This document shows positions 14,067 through 30,262 of a stretch of 64,000 bases of DNA, piece by piece; position 1 is the stretch's first letter, and the number at the start of each line of letters is the position of its first letter. The stretch spans positions 12,772,001-12,836,000 of the forward strand of contig OZ231126.1 of NCBI GenBank assembly GCA_965153355.1. The letters are read 5' to 3'. Source of the stretch: Flaccisagitta enflata. Taxonomy: Eukaryota. The translations under genes were made by a program, and so were the position numbers. Under the pieces are notes generated by a model. The model was not told the origin of the DNA and did not search any database. It saw nothing but the letters and a program-made list of their open reading frames with translations.

Positions 14067-16811
14067 CTTCTTCTTCTTCTTCTTCTTCTTCTTCTTCTTC
14101 TTCTTCTTCTTCTTCTTCTTCTTCTTCTTCTTCTTCTTCTTCGCCATCTTCTTCTTCTTCTTCTTCTTCTTCTTCTCTTGCTTCTACACCTCTTTTTTTA
14201 TCTCTTCTTCTTCTTCTTCTTCTTCTTCTTCTTCTTCTTCCTTCTTTCTTCTTCTTCATCTTCTTCTTCTTCTTCTTCTTCTTCTTCGCCATCTTCTTCT
14301 TCTTTTCTTTCTCTTCTCTTGCTTCTACACCTCTTTTTTTATAGAGATCTTTTTTATGAATATCATTGAGCCTCTTAATAAACAATTCCTTCGGTGTTTT
14401 TGCCCACTGACTGCCTTCTCGGAATGCCGAGTCGGAACCCTCTCAATGGGGGTGCACAAACTATCAGACTTTATTAACTTATTTGATTTTGAATTTCCTT
14501 ACAATTTATCAACTTTTTTTCTCGCCCTTCATTTATTGAATTTAGAGTCGTCTCTGACTACAAAACTTAAGAACAAAGTGACCTACGCACGGTGCCTCAA
14601 ATTCAATGTCTGACGTCTCTCGATGCTTGACATTTGATTGAGTCATTGTTATTACTGTCACGTGGCGTGGCAATAGCGATTGGATGAGGATGTGAAGGGG
14701 GAGTAAAGGGTGTTCGAAAACAAAATTGTAGCCAAAATTTGTACAACTAAGAGCTTCCTTTGTGATATGTATCTTGAAGTATGTTTATAGAAGATAGTTT
14801 CAATTAAAGATACTGACTCAAAAAGCAGGTCGTTTTATATCAAGTTTTGTCTGACATGAAATGAGGTAGTCAAAATACATTTGGTTACCTTTCGGCAATT
14901 TTGGCGTACCAAGTTGGACAAAATGACTATGGAAATTCGGCCCTAACTTAAGTCAAGTCAATTGCTTATTCTTACCCATTTTCCCGATGTCCATCTCCCT
15001 GGGACCATTGCATGGCTCTGAAAAACAAGGCCGGATGCACGGCTAATAAGTTGTCACTTGCAAATGGGTATATGGAGTCACTTAGCAAACGGCTGAAAAG
15101 TAGCTCTTTGATTTTTGTCGCTAGTTCTTACTTTTGTTACAACCCCGTACACATATACTGTTGCTAGGCTTGTTACAATAGGGGTTGACGTGACGTATGT
15201 TTTACTTATTGAGCACAATCTGACATCCATAAATATATCATATGCTAAGAATGTGTCGTATTTTAGGATTTGATGGATTTCCTTCTCGAAGTAGTAAAGT
15301 TTACAATGTGAACCCTCCCTCATCCAGATATATAGACTACCACCAATCCCAAACCCCCTTTCCCCTATTCATCTCTCCCTCTGCATGCACTTTACCCCCC
15401 AAACTCCGGCCGTAAATCTTGTACTCGGCAAACGGTCGTATTTGCGACTTTTATTGTAATTCTCAATTTACTTTGGGCTGTCATCGAGAACAAAATTGAT
15501 AAATTTGATTATCATAAAATGTATGACTGATACTCCTGAGAAAATTTGCGTTCGATAAATTCTGGGTCTCGTTCACACTTCATATAATCGGGAGTCAGTC
15601 AGTCTTGAATCAAAATTCCCTCGTTTGTTTTTTCGTTTGTTTATTTGTTGCCCTTGTTTGGTTTTGAAAATACGATAAGTAAAAGGGGTCAATCAGCACA
15701 TAGAAAAGGTCACGGGGCAGCCTTGGTTAACCATCAAGATACTTATCAAGGCCGGATACATCGCTACCCCAGTCGCGTGCGGGTGGAAGGGAGCGGTGCT
15801 GGGGAAGGTCACTAGAGCATTAGGGCAGGAGCTATAGGCACAAAAAGCTCAAAAACGCCGACCAACCAACCGACCGATCGACGGACCAACATAGCGGGGT
15901 GTAGAGACGCGTAGCACGCGACTAAAAATGTTGTAATCTTTGCAAAAGTATATTTAGAATTCCTGGGACAATTTCAATGTGAACGAGGCGGTCATAAATT
16001 CCGGGCCTGTCTTGCGTCTGGACTTTCTGCACGCACGTACCTCCAAAAATGCCTCATTATGTATTTCACATAAAATCTTAAAGGAATTCCGAGCGGTGCC
16101 CTGTCATCTTCTCTCATACTTTATTCTGCACTACTGGTAAAATTATAAAAATATAGACATTTTACGTTTGATTTGAAATGTGTTTTCAGATATTCTGTGA
16201 TCATTTTCTCTCCTTTGCTTAAAAAAAAAAAAAACATGTATACATGGATTAAAAGTAGGAACGAATTTTGAAAAGGACACTCGAAAATAAATAAAAGAAA
16301 AATGAGAAAATCCAAAAAAGTTCGATTTGAAGGTAGTAAAATTAGATTTTTCCTTTTCGCACTTTCATGGAAAGGGCAACATTCTGAGAGGTAACTCATT
16401 GACGTTCCCTTGCTCATTATTTACGTACCCTGAACCTTTCCTTACCCCCCCCCCCTACATGGCAAATCTGTGCACTGTAAACCTTCATTACATACCATGC
16501 TTTAACTTTTGATCGATGATTCCTCTTAAAAACTCAACAGAAATTGTAAAACACCTCTCTTACATTAAAAGGGGTAACATTGTTGTCTGTATGTCCGTGT
16601 CTTTACGAAACACTTACTTAAGGACGTTCATCCACGATAGGGAAGACTTTGAAAGAGACACCCGAGCATAGACCCAGGCCAGGCATCGATCTTAGTTTGG
16701 ATTTCACATTCTTTGGGTCTTTTAGTTGGTAACCCAGTTTTTCACGTTCTTCCTCTCTCTTTCTTATCCGCTGTTTTGTTTGCACTGAGAATTCTTGTTA
16801 TGTGAATAATC

Positions 16812-16901
<90 letters not shown>

Positions 16902-17024
16902 GCAACGGAAGTACATTCGCGATGTGATATGACCTTCTCAAGAATGAGGGGAGAGAACAAAGACATTTTTTGCACCTTACCTTGGTAAGGTGTGGGCGTG
17001 CCGCAGCGGCGTGCCACAGCGTGA

Positions 17025-17025
17025 A

Positions 17026-17102
<77 letters not shown>

Positions 17103-17106
17103 GAAA

Positions 17107-17150
<44 letters not shown>

Positions 17151-17154
17151 GAAA

Positions 17155-17250
<96 letters not shown>

Positions 17251-17266
17251 GAGAAAGAAAGAAGAA
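17025..17266. repeat. (GAAA)n microsatellite
   Basis: Direct inspection. Confidence 0.97.
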
Positions 17267-17589
17267 AGGGGGCAGGAACACGCGTACACGTGATTAACAA
17301 CTAACAAGTACGGTCACACGGTCACACGGTCAGTCGTTTGCGGCTGATGAAAGGTAGTGACGCACAAGGCGACGAACCTGCCGATCAGTGGATCCTCTTA
17401 GGATGAACGAACATAACACAAACACAAACTCAAACAAGACGAACATAACACAAACACAAACACGAGGCTAGTAACTGCCACTGGGCGTTGAACATGGTCT
17501 ACGGCTGATTCGTCCCGTGGTACCGCTGCCCAAATTCCAATTATGGAATTGAAAAAAAGAGAACAAAAGAGGTCTGGAGATTCCTGAAT

Positions 17590-17745
17590 CAATGACGTGA
17601 TGTCTACTACGGCGGTGTTCATTGGTTAAGCCTTTCTCATACACGCCGATTTGATTGGTCGTCAATTTACGTCACTGTTTAAATCATTACCACACTACGA
17701 ATGATTGGAGTACGATGGTACATAAAAGTCTGTGATTGGGCGACG
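17590..17745. promoter_or_regulatory. Candidate promoter/enhancer: four co-oriented CCAAT boxes plus CRE-like sites
   Basis: ATTGG at 17621, 17654, 17704 and 17735; TGACGT/ACGTCA near 17593 and 17669; TTTAAA at 17678. Confidence 0.35.
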
Positions 17746-19106
17746 TCGATCTATATCTCGATTTTCCATTATCGATCAGGGTTCAGGTGGACAAAAGAGG
17801 ACACCAATGTATACTAGATAAAATTTTCGGTATGTTGGTTAACCTTTATTTTTACTATTCCACATGTTTTTGATCATAATTCTCCACGCCCTGGTGCCTA
17901 ATGTTCAGTAACACCACCTGTCAAGCATTTGGGCTTATCTACCCAAAACCACCACAAGCCTATCTACCCATAACCGCCCTCCTCTGCCATCATACTGGCC
18001 CAAAATGGTCAACTGTTAAACTCATACTCCTAGGCCTATATCATCTTTATTAACCCAAATCCACCACCTTTCACCATCACACTGGCCCAAAATGGCCACT
18101 CATGAAGCTCCTAGGCCTTTCTCAACTCTTTCCAGTTTCCACCCGTAACCGCCACCTTCCCAAAGTGATATCGATAAGGCCGTTTGGCACAGCAATCATC
18201 AGGCTAGTCATTATAGTTTATGCAATCCATCTAAAAGCCCGTGTTCAAATAGTTCAATAGAATAGAAAAATATTGAAAAGAAAGTTGCATCAAAACCATT
18301 CAGAGTGCATCCTTAATGTCCTTGCTTTCACGTGAGATCAAAGATTTTCATTTTGAAACGCCGGAAATTCAAACTTTTATTCAAATTTTTTTTTGGTGGT
18401 CGATATAAAAAGAATCATTTTTTTCTTTTTCTCGGTGAGAACATGAAGAACTTAAGAAGAGAGAAAAAAAATGTAACACGATTCAGTGTCTTGAAAGGCG
18501 CAGGGGTGCTTATATCCTTTCTTTTTCTAAAATTGGCAGCAGTTTTCTTAAATCCTCTCTCTAGTTTTTGATTTTCATGGATTCTATGAGAATCAGATGG
18601 CTCATTGAAGACAAGATGGGAAGTTCAAGAAGAAAAAATCACCAATAAGAGGAAAGAGAATGAACGAATAAGAGAACAACATGATACATGATCCAAAAGT
18701 GAGGCTTTTTTAATTCATTGTTCCCACCTGTTCCTTGTTCCAACTCATTGAAAAAAGTTGCTAATCAGCCAATTTTACGATGTAAAAGATGCGATGCTGT
18801 GCGATAAAAAGTGTATTCTTATAGACGCCTGGTGTCATCTTTCAATCAAAAAACGTCACGCATCATATTACGGAAAGCGTGCATCGAGAAAGAAAAGAAG
18901 AAGAAAACAAAATGTAAGAAAAAGCCGGGGCGTGGGATTCAAGGCCATTAATTGATGGACAATTTGCCAGCTGTTGACAATCACTCCTCTAAATATTCAT
19001 TATTGATGGAGATGAACTCTGTTCTGCTCCCTAAAAAAAGTGCAAATCTTGAGACACATTTACAAAAATCAAAAGGAAAAAAATCATCGCAGGGCGCATA
19101 ATATGC

Positions 19107-19970
19107 ATAAGACACGCTCGGCGCGATTGTGGGATATTTTCGCCAGCTATATTTTAGCACTACTTAAGGGATATTCCTTTACAGTATTGCCTTGCTCTGC
19201 TGATTATGTGAGCAATCACATCAATGTGCTCTTACAGTCCAGATTTGTGACAGGGATACGTTTCATGAACAACATACTGGGAAAAAGAAAGGGAAAAGGA
19301 AATCGATTTACTGAAAAATGAGTGATAAAAATTGTCAGGACGTTCCACGAAAAATTCTTAATCTGCCTCCAAATTAATTTTTTTTTTCATTTCCAAGAAC
19401 ATGGCTCTCTTCTTATGTGTCTTTGGACGAGAGCCATGTTTTTAGTTTTTTGAATAAATCATTTTTTATGCAAATTAAGAATTTTTTGTGAGGCTTGTCT
19501 AGTGATAAAAGCGAATTTTATTCAGAAAAAGAGGTATTTTTACCCATATATTGATACTGTTTACACTATGAACATTTTTATGCAAATTCTCAACCAGAAA
19601 ACACATCCACAAGTTCTGCGTAGCTCAACATAGAAAATATCTCATGCCACTCGTTGCTAGCAAAAGTGGCTAGTCTCTAAGTTATAGGATATGATTGCTT
19701 TTTCTTCTTTTTGAATTTTTTTTCTAAACGATAATAAGAAAAACATGTCACGGTAGTGTAAGTGAAAGGAACTGGAACACCAGTTTTGAACTGTTTTTAT
19801 CTACCATGTCAAGCAAGTACTTTAGGTAGCCAGAGGTGGGACTTTTTAAATCAATGTTAATATCAAAGTGATATTATTCATCTCAGATGTGAAGGCGTCC
19901 GATTGATTTATCTACACTGTGAAAAAATGGCGGTGGCAGTGAAAATCTAATATTCAAAAAAACCGTGTCA
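19107..19970. repeat. Dispersed repeat, longer inverted copy of 4020-4632
   Basis: Matches the 4-kb copy except for an additional segment at ~19625-19885. Confidence 0.82.
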
Positions 19971-20182
19971 TGATATGCTACAAACATATACAATATATCA
20001 TACATTCTTTTGCCCAGACTGGGTGTGGAAGTCATGCTGCTCCTCCTCAACCACTAAGCTCCTCCTCTTCCTCCTCCTTTTCCTAAGAAAAGAGGTTTAT
20101 CTCAATAAAATCCTTTACATTATTTACATTATTACTTGGGAGACTGGGAGAGAAGAGGAAGGAAAAAAATGAAAAAAAAAGA

Positions 20183-20378
<196 letters not shown>

Positions 20379-20649
20379 GTTTTGTCGATAGTAAAAACTA
20401 AACAAATATAGTTTTCTACTTTTTGCATCATTAAAAAGTCTTTCATCTCGATCTTCCTACTCAAAGCTTTGTCTGTCATTTTTCAAACAAACTGAGCTTA
20501 ATTTTTCCCCGAACAAACCTTTTGTAAAATAAAGAATTGCAAACTTTTAAATATTAAATCTCTCAAAATTTAAGACCGACTGGATTTCAAGATCGGCTTT
20601 TAACACGCTTATGGACATGGGGTCACACACACGCACGCACGCACACACA

Positions 20650-20772
<123 letters not shown>

Positions 20773-20914
20773 GCGCACAAGTTGAACGAAGTCGAAGAGA
20801 TAGCAGTGAATGACCGACGTTGGCAAAAAGTCTTAGGGAAATTGCTGTATGATTGTGGCTCGGATTTTGACGTTTATTTGCGTTTGCCCGTCGGTCAAAA
20901 AGCAAACTGGAACC

Positions 20915-21160
20915 AAGTCTAACCCTAATTCTGTCATGACTGAGTCCCGGCGGCGGAGATAAAGCAATGAGCGGAATCTGAGTTGCATCTAACCCTGATT
21001 CTGTCTTGGCTGAGTTCCGGTGGCGGAGATAAAGCAGGTTGACAAATCTGTGTTGTACCTTACCTTTATTCTATTATGTCTGAGTCATGGTGGTGGAGGC
21101 AAGGGTCAGAATCTGAGTTGCATCTTACCCTGATTCTGTCTTGGCTGAGTCCTGGCGGCG
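20915..21160 (-). repeat. ~65-70-bp tandem repeat made of the CDK exon 3' end plus splice donor (4 units)
   Basis: (A/T)ACCCTGATTCTGTCTTGGCTGAGTCC..GGCGGCGG-like units start at 20921, 20991, 21061 and 21126. Confidence 0.85.
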
Positions 21161-21270
21161 GGCATCGGCGGACGTAAGCATCCAAGTCTTGGTCGACGTG
21201 TTCGAACACTAGCGTCAAGTTGATCGGATGCTCCACGGAAACGAAAGATCCATGACACACATCCAACAAT
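21129..21270 (-). CDS. CDK4/6: Internal exon of a CDK4/6-family cyclin-dependent kinase (subdomains IV-VIa)
   Basis: Translates as (R)LLDVCHGSFVSVEHPINLTLVFEHVDQDLDAYVRRCPPPGLSQDRIR; LTLVFEHVDQDL is a CDK4/6 signature. Acceptor is ttgtttAG (AG = 21272-21271) in phase 2 within the R of HPNIVR; donor is agg|GTAAGA (GT = 21128-21127) in phase 0. Both match the vertebrate CDK4/6 intron positions. Length 142 nt = 1 + 47 codons. Neighbouring exons were not found in the window. Confidence 0.93.
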
Positions 21271-21289
21271 CTAAACAAATGGATTCGGA

Positions 21290-21391
<102 letters not shown>

Positions 21392-22074
21392 CGAAACATT
21401 GAAAAACACGCTCCTTTTGTTGTGATTTGGGACATGAAATGATGCATGATGGTACAGTGTTCCGGGAATTATCGTAAATTCCGGGAATTCCGGGAACATA
21501 AGGGGATAAATGAAGAAGTTGGTAGAATTTAAGGGTGTGATTAAACACAAATATGTTTGGTGGAATCTCTCAACCTGATTTGATAATTGGATGTGATTAG
21601 ACAGTGGGCATGGTCGAAAAGTTGTTTTTTTTCTATATCGATTCATGAAATGTCCAGTGTTTGAGGTACGTGGTACGTGAATACGTACCGGAAGTATATA
21701 ATCGATAAAGCAATTGTGATGAAAATGAAATCATAAACAAGTTTTTTTATATTCCTTCTTTCATGATCCATCATTATCAAGACCAAGGAACGGCAAAACA
21801 AAATTTCCTTGTGATGGAGAGAAGAGAGAAAGAAAATGAAAAAGGGAAGAAGTAAAAGAAAAAACAAAAACAAAAAGAGAAACTAAAAAAAAGAAAGAGA
21901 AAATAAAGAAGAAGAAAAAAAGAATGTAGAGAGGAACAAAAAAGAAGAGAAAAATGCCTTTTTAATTGTCGACGGATTTTTCTGTTTTCCGGGAATATTT
22001 GTTATCGATCAAATAATTATGATTTCAGGCTTAGACTGCGATTATATCACCATGTTGAGACTTCCTCTGAGAAG

Positions 22075-22174
<100 letters not shown>

Positions 22175-24034
22175 CGGAAGTGAAGATGAGGGATTTAGGT
22201 CCTGTTTCTCACGATATTTCTATGGGATGCACTCAGATCATCTCGAACAAAGTCGCTATTCAGCAAAAAAAAAGATAAAATGGGGAAAGAGAAGAAGAAG
22301 AAGAAGAAGAAGAAGAAGAAGAAGAAGAAGAAGAAGAAGAAGAAGGAGATGAAAAGAAAGAAGATGGAAGAAGAAGAACAGAAGAAGAAGAAGAAGAAGA
22401 AGAAGAAGAAGAAGAAGAAGAAGAAGAAGAAGAAGAAGAAGAAGAAGAAGAAGAAGAAGAAACAGATGAAGAAAGAAAAAAGTGCAAAACCCCCCTGCAA
22501 AAAAGGGCGATCAAAACAGGGAAAAAGTGGAGAATAACTGGAACAAAACGGGTGTTAATGGGAGAAAATGGGGACCATTTGGGGGATCATCAAGATTGTA
22601 TTATGCGGATGGAATCAAGGATGAACTCAGTTTTTTTTCTTTTACAAGGATGAGTTCCGCGTTTCGTTGATTTTGAAAGAGAGGACGAATTTTCAATGGT
22701 GCATAAATTTGTAATGGAAACGGAGAAAGAATTCAAGACAGAATTTGAAAGCGTTGTTAACATGGAATCGTCGGACTAGTTTCATCTAAGCTCTTCAGAG
22801 ACGTTTTCAGGCAAAAAAAAAAAAGAATTGGAATGAGAATTGGAATGACGGATCATTTCTATTATAGTTACGTACGTTACAAACATAACCATCAAATAGT
22901 CAGTCCAAATTTACGAGGATAGGCGCAAAAATGCATGAATATCCAAATGAAGTTACCCCGCCTCATCAAACTTGAAGGTGACATTTCTTCGTGGACGAGG
23001 TCCGTCCATCGCAATTTTACTTATTTTAATGTTTTGCGGTCTTTGACCTCACTGCTCCCGCCCAAATGCTCTAGTGACCTTAAATACGGCCCCTGCCCAC
23101 CCACACACGACTAGGGAAGCCGTATATCCAGCCTTGTTTATGAAATAAAAGAACTCGATCGATTTGAATGTTCATTTTTGTCTCGCGCTACGTAACTGCG
23201 CTGGTCATTTTGCTTGTCAATAATTCGACCGTCTGTTGGTCTTTCTGAACTGAAACAAGGCGAAAAACAAAGCTAAAATGCCGGATGTATCATTGTATGA
23301 ATATGTATTTATATTGTGCATTTTCAGTTTTCACACACCAAAAGTGTGGCATGAATGGATGAATGGATGAAAGGTCCCTTCTTAGCCTCTACGTCACAAA
23401 GCCGATGCCCAGGGGACGAAGTAGTAAGTCTTGGTAAAAAAGTTCTCCATTCATCATCTTTTCATCCATTCACGATATTTTTTTTTCTTCTCAAATTAAA
23501 GATTATATAATTCCAAGTCAAAGTCGCTTAAATTCTTTTCTCAAGAATCATCGTTCTATCCTCTTTTTTTTTCATCATCATCTTGAAATGATATTCTCAC
23601 TGGCACAGCGGAACAAAAGCGATGATGGTGGGGCATCATGGTTTGAGTTTCAGCCCCTATGATGTATCTGTTGGACAACATTACATTTCAACCAAAAAAT
23701 TAAATTAAATCATAATAAATCATCGCTATTCTTTTATTCTTTTATATTTTTCTCCATATGCTTCTTTTTTTTCTATTTTGTCACAGAAAACATTTGTGTA
23801 CAATGTTCATGTGTGCTACATTTCAAACACCATATGGTACTAAGGGGTGGTTTAGAGGTGCTAGAGTTGAGATGGCTAATTCTAGTTGACAGAAGGCGAT
23901 TAAGGGCCCATATAGGCCGTTACCCAATATCCTTACAATGAGTCAATTTCATCAGAATCAGTCCCTAGTGAAAAGGGGACCATTTGGCCTTCATCATTGT
24001 TTAGATGAGGCCACTTGGCTCCTCATTTTTATAA

Positions 24035-24149
<115 letters not shown>

Positions 24150-24254
24150 ATGCATCTCGCGTCAGTCATTAGCGGCGGAATATGCGTGGGAATATTGCAG
24201 TCCTCTCGGAAATGAAATAGGGACACTTTTTTCCCGGGATATGGAGAGATGAAA

Positions 24255-24383
<129 letters not shown>

Positions 24384-24388
24384 GATAC

Positions 24389-24432
<44 letters not shown>

Positions 24433-24929
24433 GCGAAAAGAAAGAAAGAAAAATCAAGTAACATAGAAACAAGTGACGCGGGGTCACAATATCGAAGCGG
24501 ACGGGTGGGCAGGGGCATACCAACTCTGTCCACACCCCAACCCACCTCCAACACTCAAACATACACAAAAAGTAATGAAAACGCTCATTTTCAACTCGAT
24601 CACCATGACGGACCGAGCCGACGGACGGGCGGACCGACGGACCGACGGACGGACAAAGCCTCTTATAGAGTTGCGTGTCCGCAACTAAAAAGGGCAGAGG
24701 AAAAACAAAACTGCAAGACATATGGGGTTAGACGTAGATTCTGACACAAAAACAGACTAACTTAAAAACACAGCGAGACACAAACAGAGGCAGATATAGA
24801 CAGATCAGATGAAGATTCGGCAAAAAAGTACAGACATAAAAAGGTAGATAGACAAAATTAAGCAAAGAAAGCAAGTGGGGAAAGGGAGAAAAAGTATAAT
24901 CTGAAGTGACGGACAAGGAGGAGAAGGAA

Positions 24930-25087
24930 AACAAGGCCGGATACACGGCAATCCAGTCGCGACGGTTGGGCAGGAGCAGTGATGAAACCGCTCGAATTCA
25001 AAATGTGACGGACCGACTGGACTGACAGACAGACCGACCTACCGACCGACACGGCAAGGTGTAGAGTCGCGTGTCCGCGACTAAAAA
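24930..25087 (-). mobile_element. Complete short family A HINE-like element
   Basis: Runs AACAAGGCCGGATACACGGC...(GACC/GACA)n...TAGAGTCGCGTGTCCGCGACTAAAAA; close relative of 2190-2352 in the opposite orientation. Confidence 0.7.
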
Positions 25088-25789
25088 GGGAGGAAGAAGC
25101 AGAGGAAGACAAGAAGGCGGAAAAGAGAGCAAAGGTGGATTTAAAGATGAAAGAAGGATGATATTCAAGTAGTAAAGAAAGAAATCGCTGCTTGATACAA
25201 AAAGACCTAGAAAGAAAGAAATATTTCAAGGTAAAAAGAAAAAAAAAAAGAAATTTTTTTGCAACCACATTCTTTCCCTTTTAAGTTTTTTTCCCTTTCA
25301 ATCAGTGAAAAAACAATCAGTGAAAAAAGAAAATGAGAGAGCTTTTTTTCTTGTTTGCCTGAAAATGTCGCTCTGCTCATCTCTTCCGTTGTATCTTGAT
25401 GCAAGCGGGGAATCATAGGTTGTGTAAAAAGTTTACATCCTCTTACAACTCAAGAAAGAATGAATTTGATGAAGAGGCACCGCGAGATCGTAGAATGAAG
25501 TTGAATAAAAAAAAGGAAAAGAAGTAGAGAGGGAACTAGAAGTGAGGGAACTAGAAGTGAGTAGAAAGCAAAAGAGAAGATGAAGAAGAAGAAAGAGAAG
25601 AATTTGAATTTGAATTTGAATTTGATGGTATTGTCCAATTAAGCGATAACACTTATGTATAATGACGTGGACATGACACCAGTCACAGATTTCTTTCAAT
25701 AAATAGGTTTTTCCTACACCTATTTCTTCTATGTTTACACTTAACGAATCTACCATCAACAATGTTATCATCTATTATTGAAACCGCAT

Positions 25790-27770
<1,981 letters not shown>

Positions 27771-27800
27771 TGTATGCTGAATTAAGACAATAGAGCGGGT

Positions 27801-28312
27801 TTGGGTGCTTCACATAGCAAAAGTTGGTTATTTCTTTTCGCCCTCTTCACCTAATGTGGAGTGACCTATTTCAGGACCCTTACCATTTTTCTTTTATTTT
27901 TTCCGTTTTTTAGAAATTTATTTATGAGGACCTAATTTGCATAATGCAGTGGGATAAAACTATATGCTGACATTGTTTGAATTAGCAAATTAACAAATTT
28001 CTACTCTTCATAGAAATGAAGTTCTGCTTTTTTATAAGTTTTTTTATAATTTATGTTCTGATGTTTTAGTTTATCTTAACAAACATCATGATAATCTAAA
28101 ACAAATAATTGTCCTTTTCCCTTTTTGTAACAAAACTACACAGGATTTTGCTGAATTCTGGGAAATCTGTGGAAACTTTAAGACCAAAACAAAAATGGAA
28201 GATGAAGGAATTTTTAAATAAGGATAATGGTCATCCTCATGATTTTTGCTCCTCCACATTACCTCAGTAGGTTGAAGGGATACTCCTAACTTTTACTATG
28301 TGAAGCACCCAA
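27801..28312. mobile_element. Non-autonomous TIR element with 9-bp TSD (Mutator/MULE-like)
   Basis: TIR TTGGGTGCTTCACATAG(C/T)AAAAGTT; flanks AGAGCGGGT (27792-27800) and AGAGCGGAT (28313-28321), one mismatch. Confidence 0.75.
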
Positions 28313-28634
28313 AGAGCGGATATATGGTTGAAAACCATTCTAACGAACTCTAAGGGACTAACATAATATTTCGTTACAGGCAGGTTTATTTAAATCCAAT
28401 ATATGAGATAAAAGAATTCTTTGAAGGATATTTATTTATTTGTATAAGACACACCTAGACAGACCGAACGAAAGACAGACGGACGGGCAAAAAGGGGGTA
28501 AGTCTATTCATTGATGCAGAAGAGAAAATTAACCTCAGAAGTCAAAACTCATTGGAGCGTTTCCTGTTGCCTCGCGTGCCCGGTCGTGGCGTTTTGCCCT
28601 CCAGAAGTTTTGCTTAATCACCTTTCTCTTTCTT

Positions 28635-28711
<77 letters not shown>

Positions 28712-28780
28712 CTGTCCAATTAAATATGAAGAACGTATAGCTTGGAGCACATTGATAATAATATTTTACCAACGGCGAGA

Positions 28781-28889
<109 letters not shown>

Positions 28890-29009
28890 GATGTAAAGTG
28901 GGGCAGATTCTGTTTTGCGCCATAGGCCAGAAAAACCCAGATACTGCGTCAAAAAATCACGAGACCAAGCTGGTTCCTGCATCTTTATTCGCTTAGAAAT
29001 GAGAGCCAA

Positions 29010-29352
29010 ATGAATAAAACATTTGCCTTCTGCAAGTGTGGTTGGGCAAATCTTTCTTAGTTTATGGAGAATGGTGAACTGGCACACTGCTTCAAATACA
29101 CTGTAAGATCGACAAGTCAAGCTTGTCTAGGGTTAGCCCGCATCAATTTGGATCTTAATCCAATTGAGAACTCAAAGATTCAGACAAAAAACCTGCAGAA
29201 ACAGGGGAAAACAACATGCAAAGCAGGGCTGAGATGAATCGCATGAATGGTTTGAAACAACATCACTCCAGAGTACCACCAGTCTCTCTACAAGTCATGC
29301 CAAAGTGAATGCAGGCGGTGGTGGATGCCCAACATGGTTATACTAAATATGA
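29010..29352 (+). pseudogene. Decayed Tc1/mariner transposase C-terminal fragment
   Basis: NLDLNPIEN corresponds to SPDLNPIEN, and (S)MPK*MQAVVDAQHGYTKY to the Tc1 C-terminal SMPRRLQAVI.AKGGHTKY; it carries stops and frameshifts. Confidence 0.8.
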
Positions 29353-29769
29353 GATGCAGTCTGATATATTTGCTGCTCATTTTTAGCCAATAAATCAACT
29401 TATACACCTACTGTGCTTATATTTTTTAGGGACTAAATAGCGAATTTTGAAAAGCCCGAGTTAGCACCATAGCGTGGGATCGTGCCCGAATTTGGTACAT
29501 TAGGTCGGGCGTAACTGTTAATGAAAGAGAGGCTGCGGGCCTGCATAGTAGACGTAAACATCGGACAACACGACTCCTCGCAACTGTGAGCGCCAATTGA
29601 TTGCACGCCGAGGCCGCGCAGTGAGCGTGAGGTCGAAGGTAGGCCAAATGTATCATCTCTCATTGCCCTTCTTCCAAATAATCACAAGACATCTCCGCTC
29701 CTCATCACCACGGGCTTCGGTTCTCCCTGTTTTAGGCACTTCTATCCTGCTTACGTCATTTCCCGTTTG

Positions 29770-29827
29770 TTCTTTCTTTCTTTCTTGCTTGCTTGCTTGC
29801 TTGCTTGCCTTGCTTGCTCTTTGCTTG

Positions 29828-29858
<31 letters not shown>

Positions 29859-29863
29859 TTTTC

Positions 29864-29928
<65 letters not shown>

Positions 29929-29943
29929 TTTCTTTTTCTTTTT

Positions 29944-30016
<73 letters not shown>

Positions 30017-30060
30017 TTTCTTTCTTCTTTCTTTCTTTCTTTCTTTCTTTTTTTCTTTTT

Positions 30061-30097
<37 letters not shown>

Positions 30098-30120
30098 TTT
30101 CTTTCTTTTTTCCTCTCTTC

Positions 30121-30190
<70 letters not shown>

Positions 30191-30191
30191 C

Positions 30192-30262
<71 letters not shown>
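29770..30262. repeat. (CTTT)n microsatellite
   Basis: Direct inspection. Confidence 0.97.

Noticed and set aside
17340..17400. CTGATGA as a hammerhead ribozyme core (also ~54645)
   Set aside because: No matching stem II followed by GAAA could be built.
22195..22260. HRNIVR peptide on the minus strand resembling CDK HPNIVR just upstream of the real exon
   Set aside because: No GT donor follows the R codon, and the preceding residues do not resemble the PSTAIRE-like helix.
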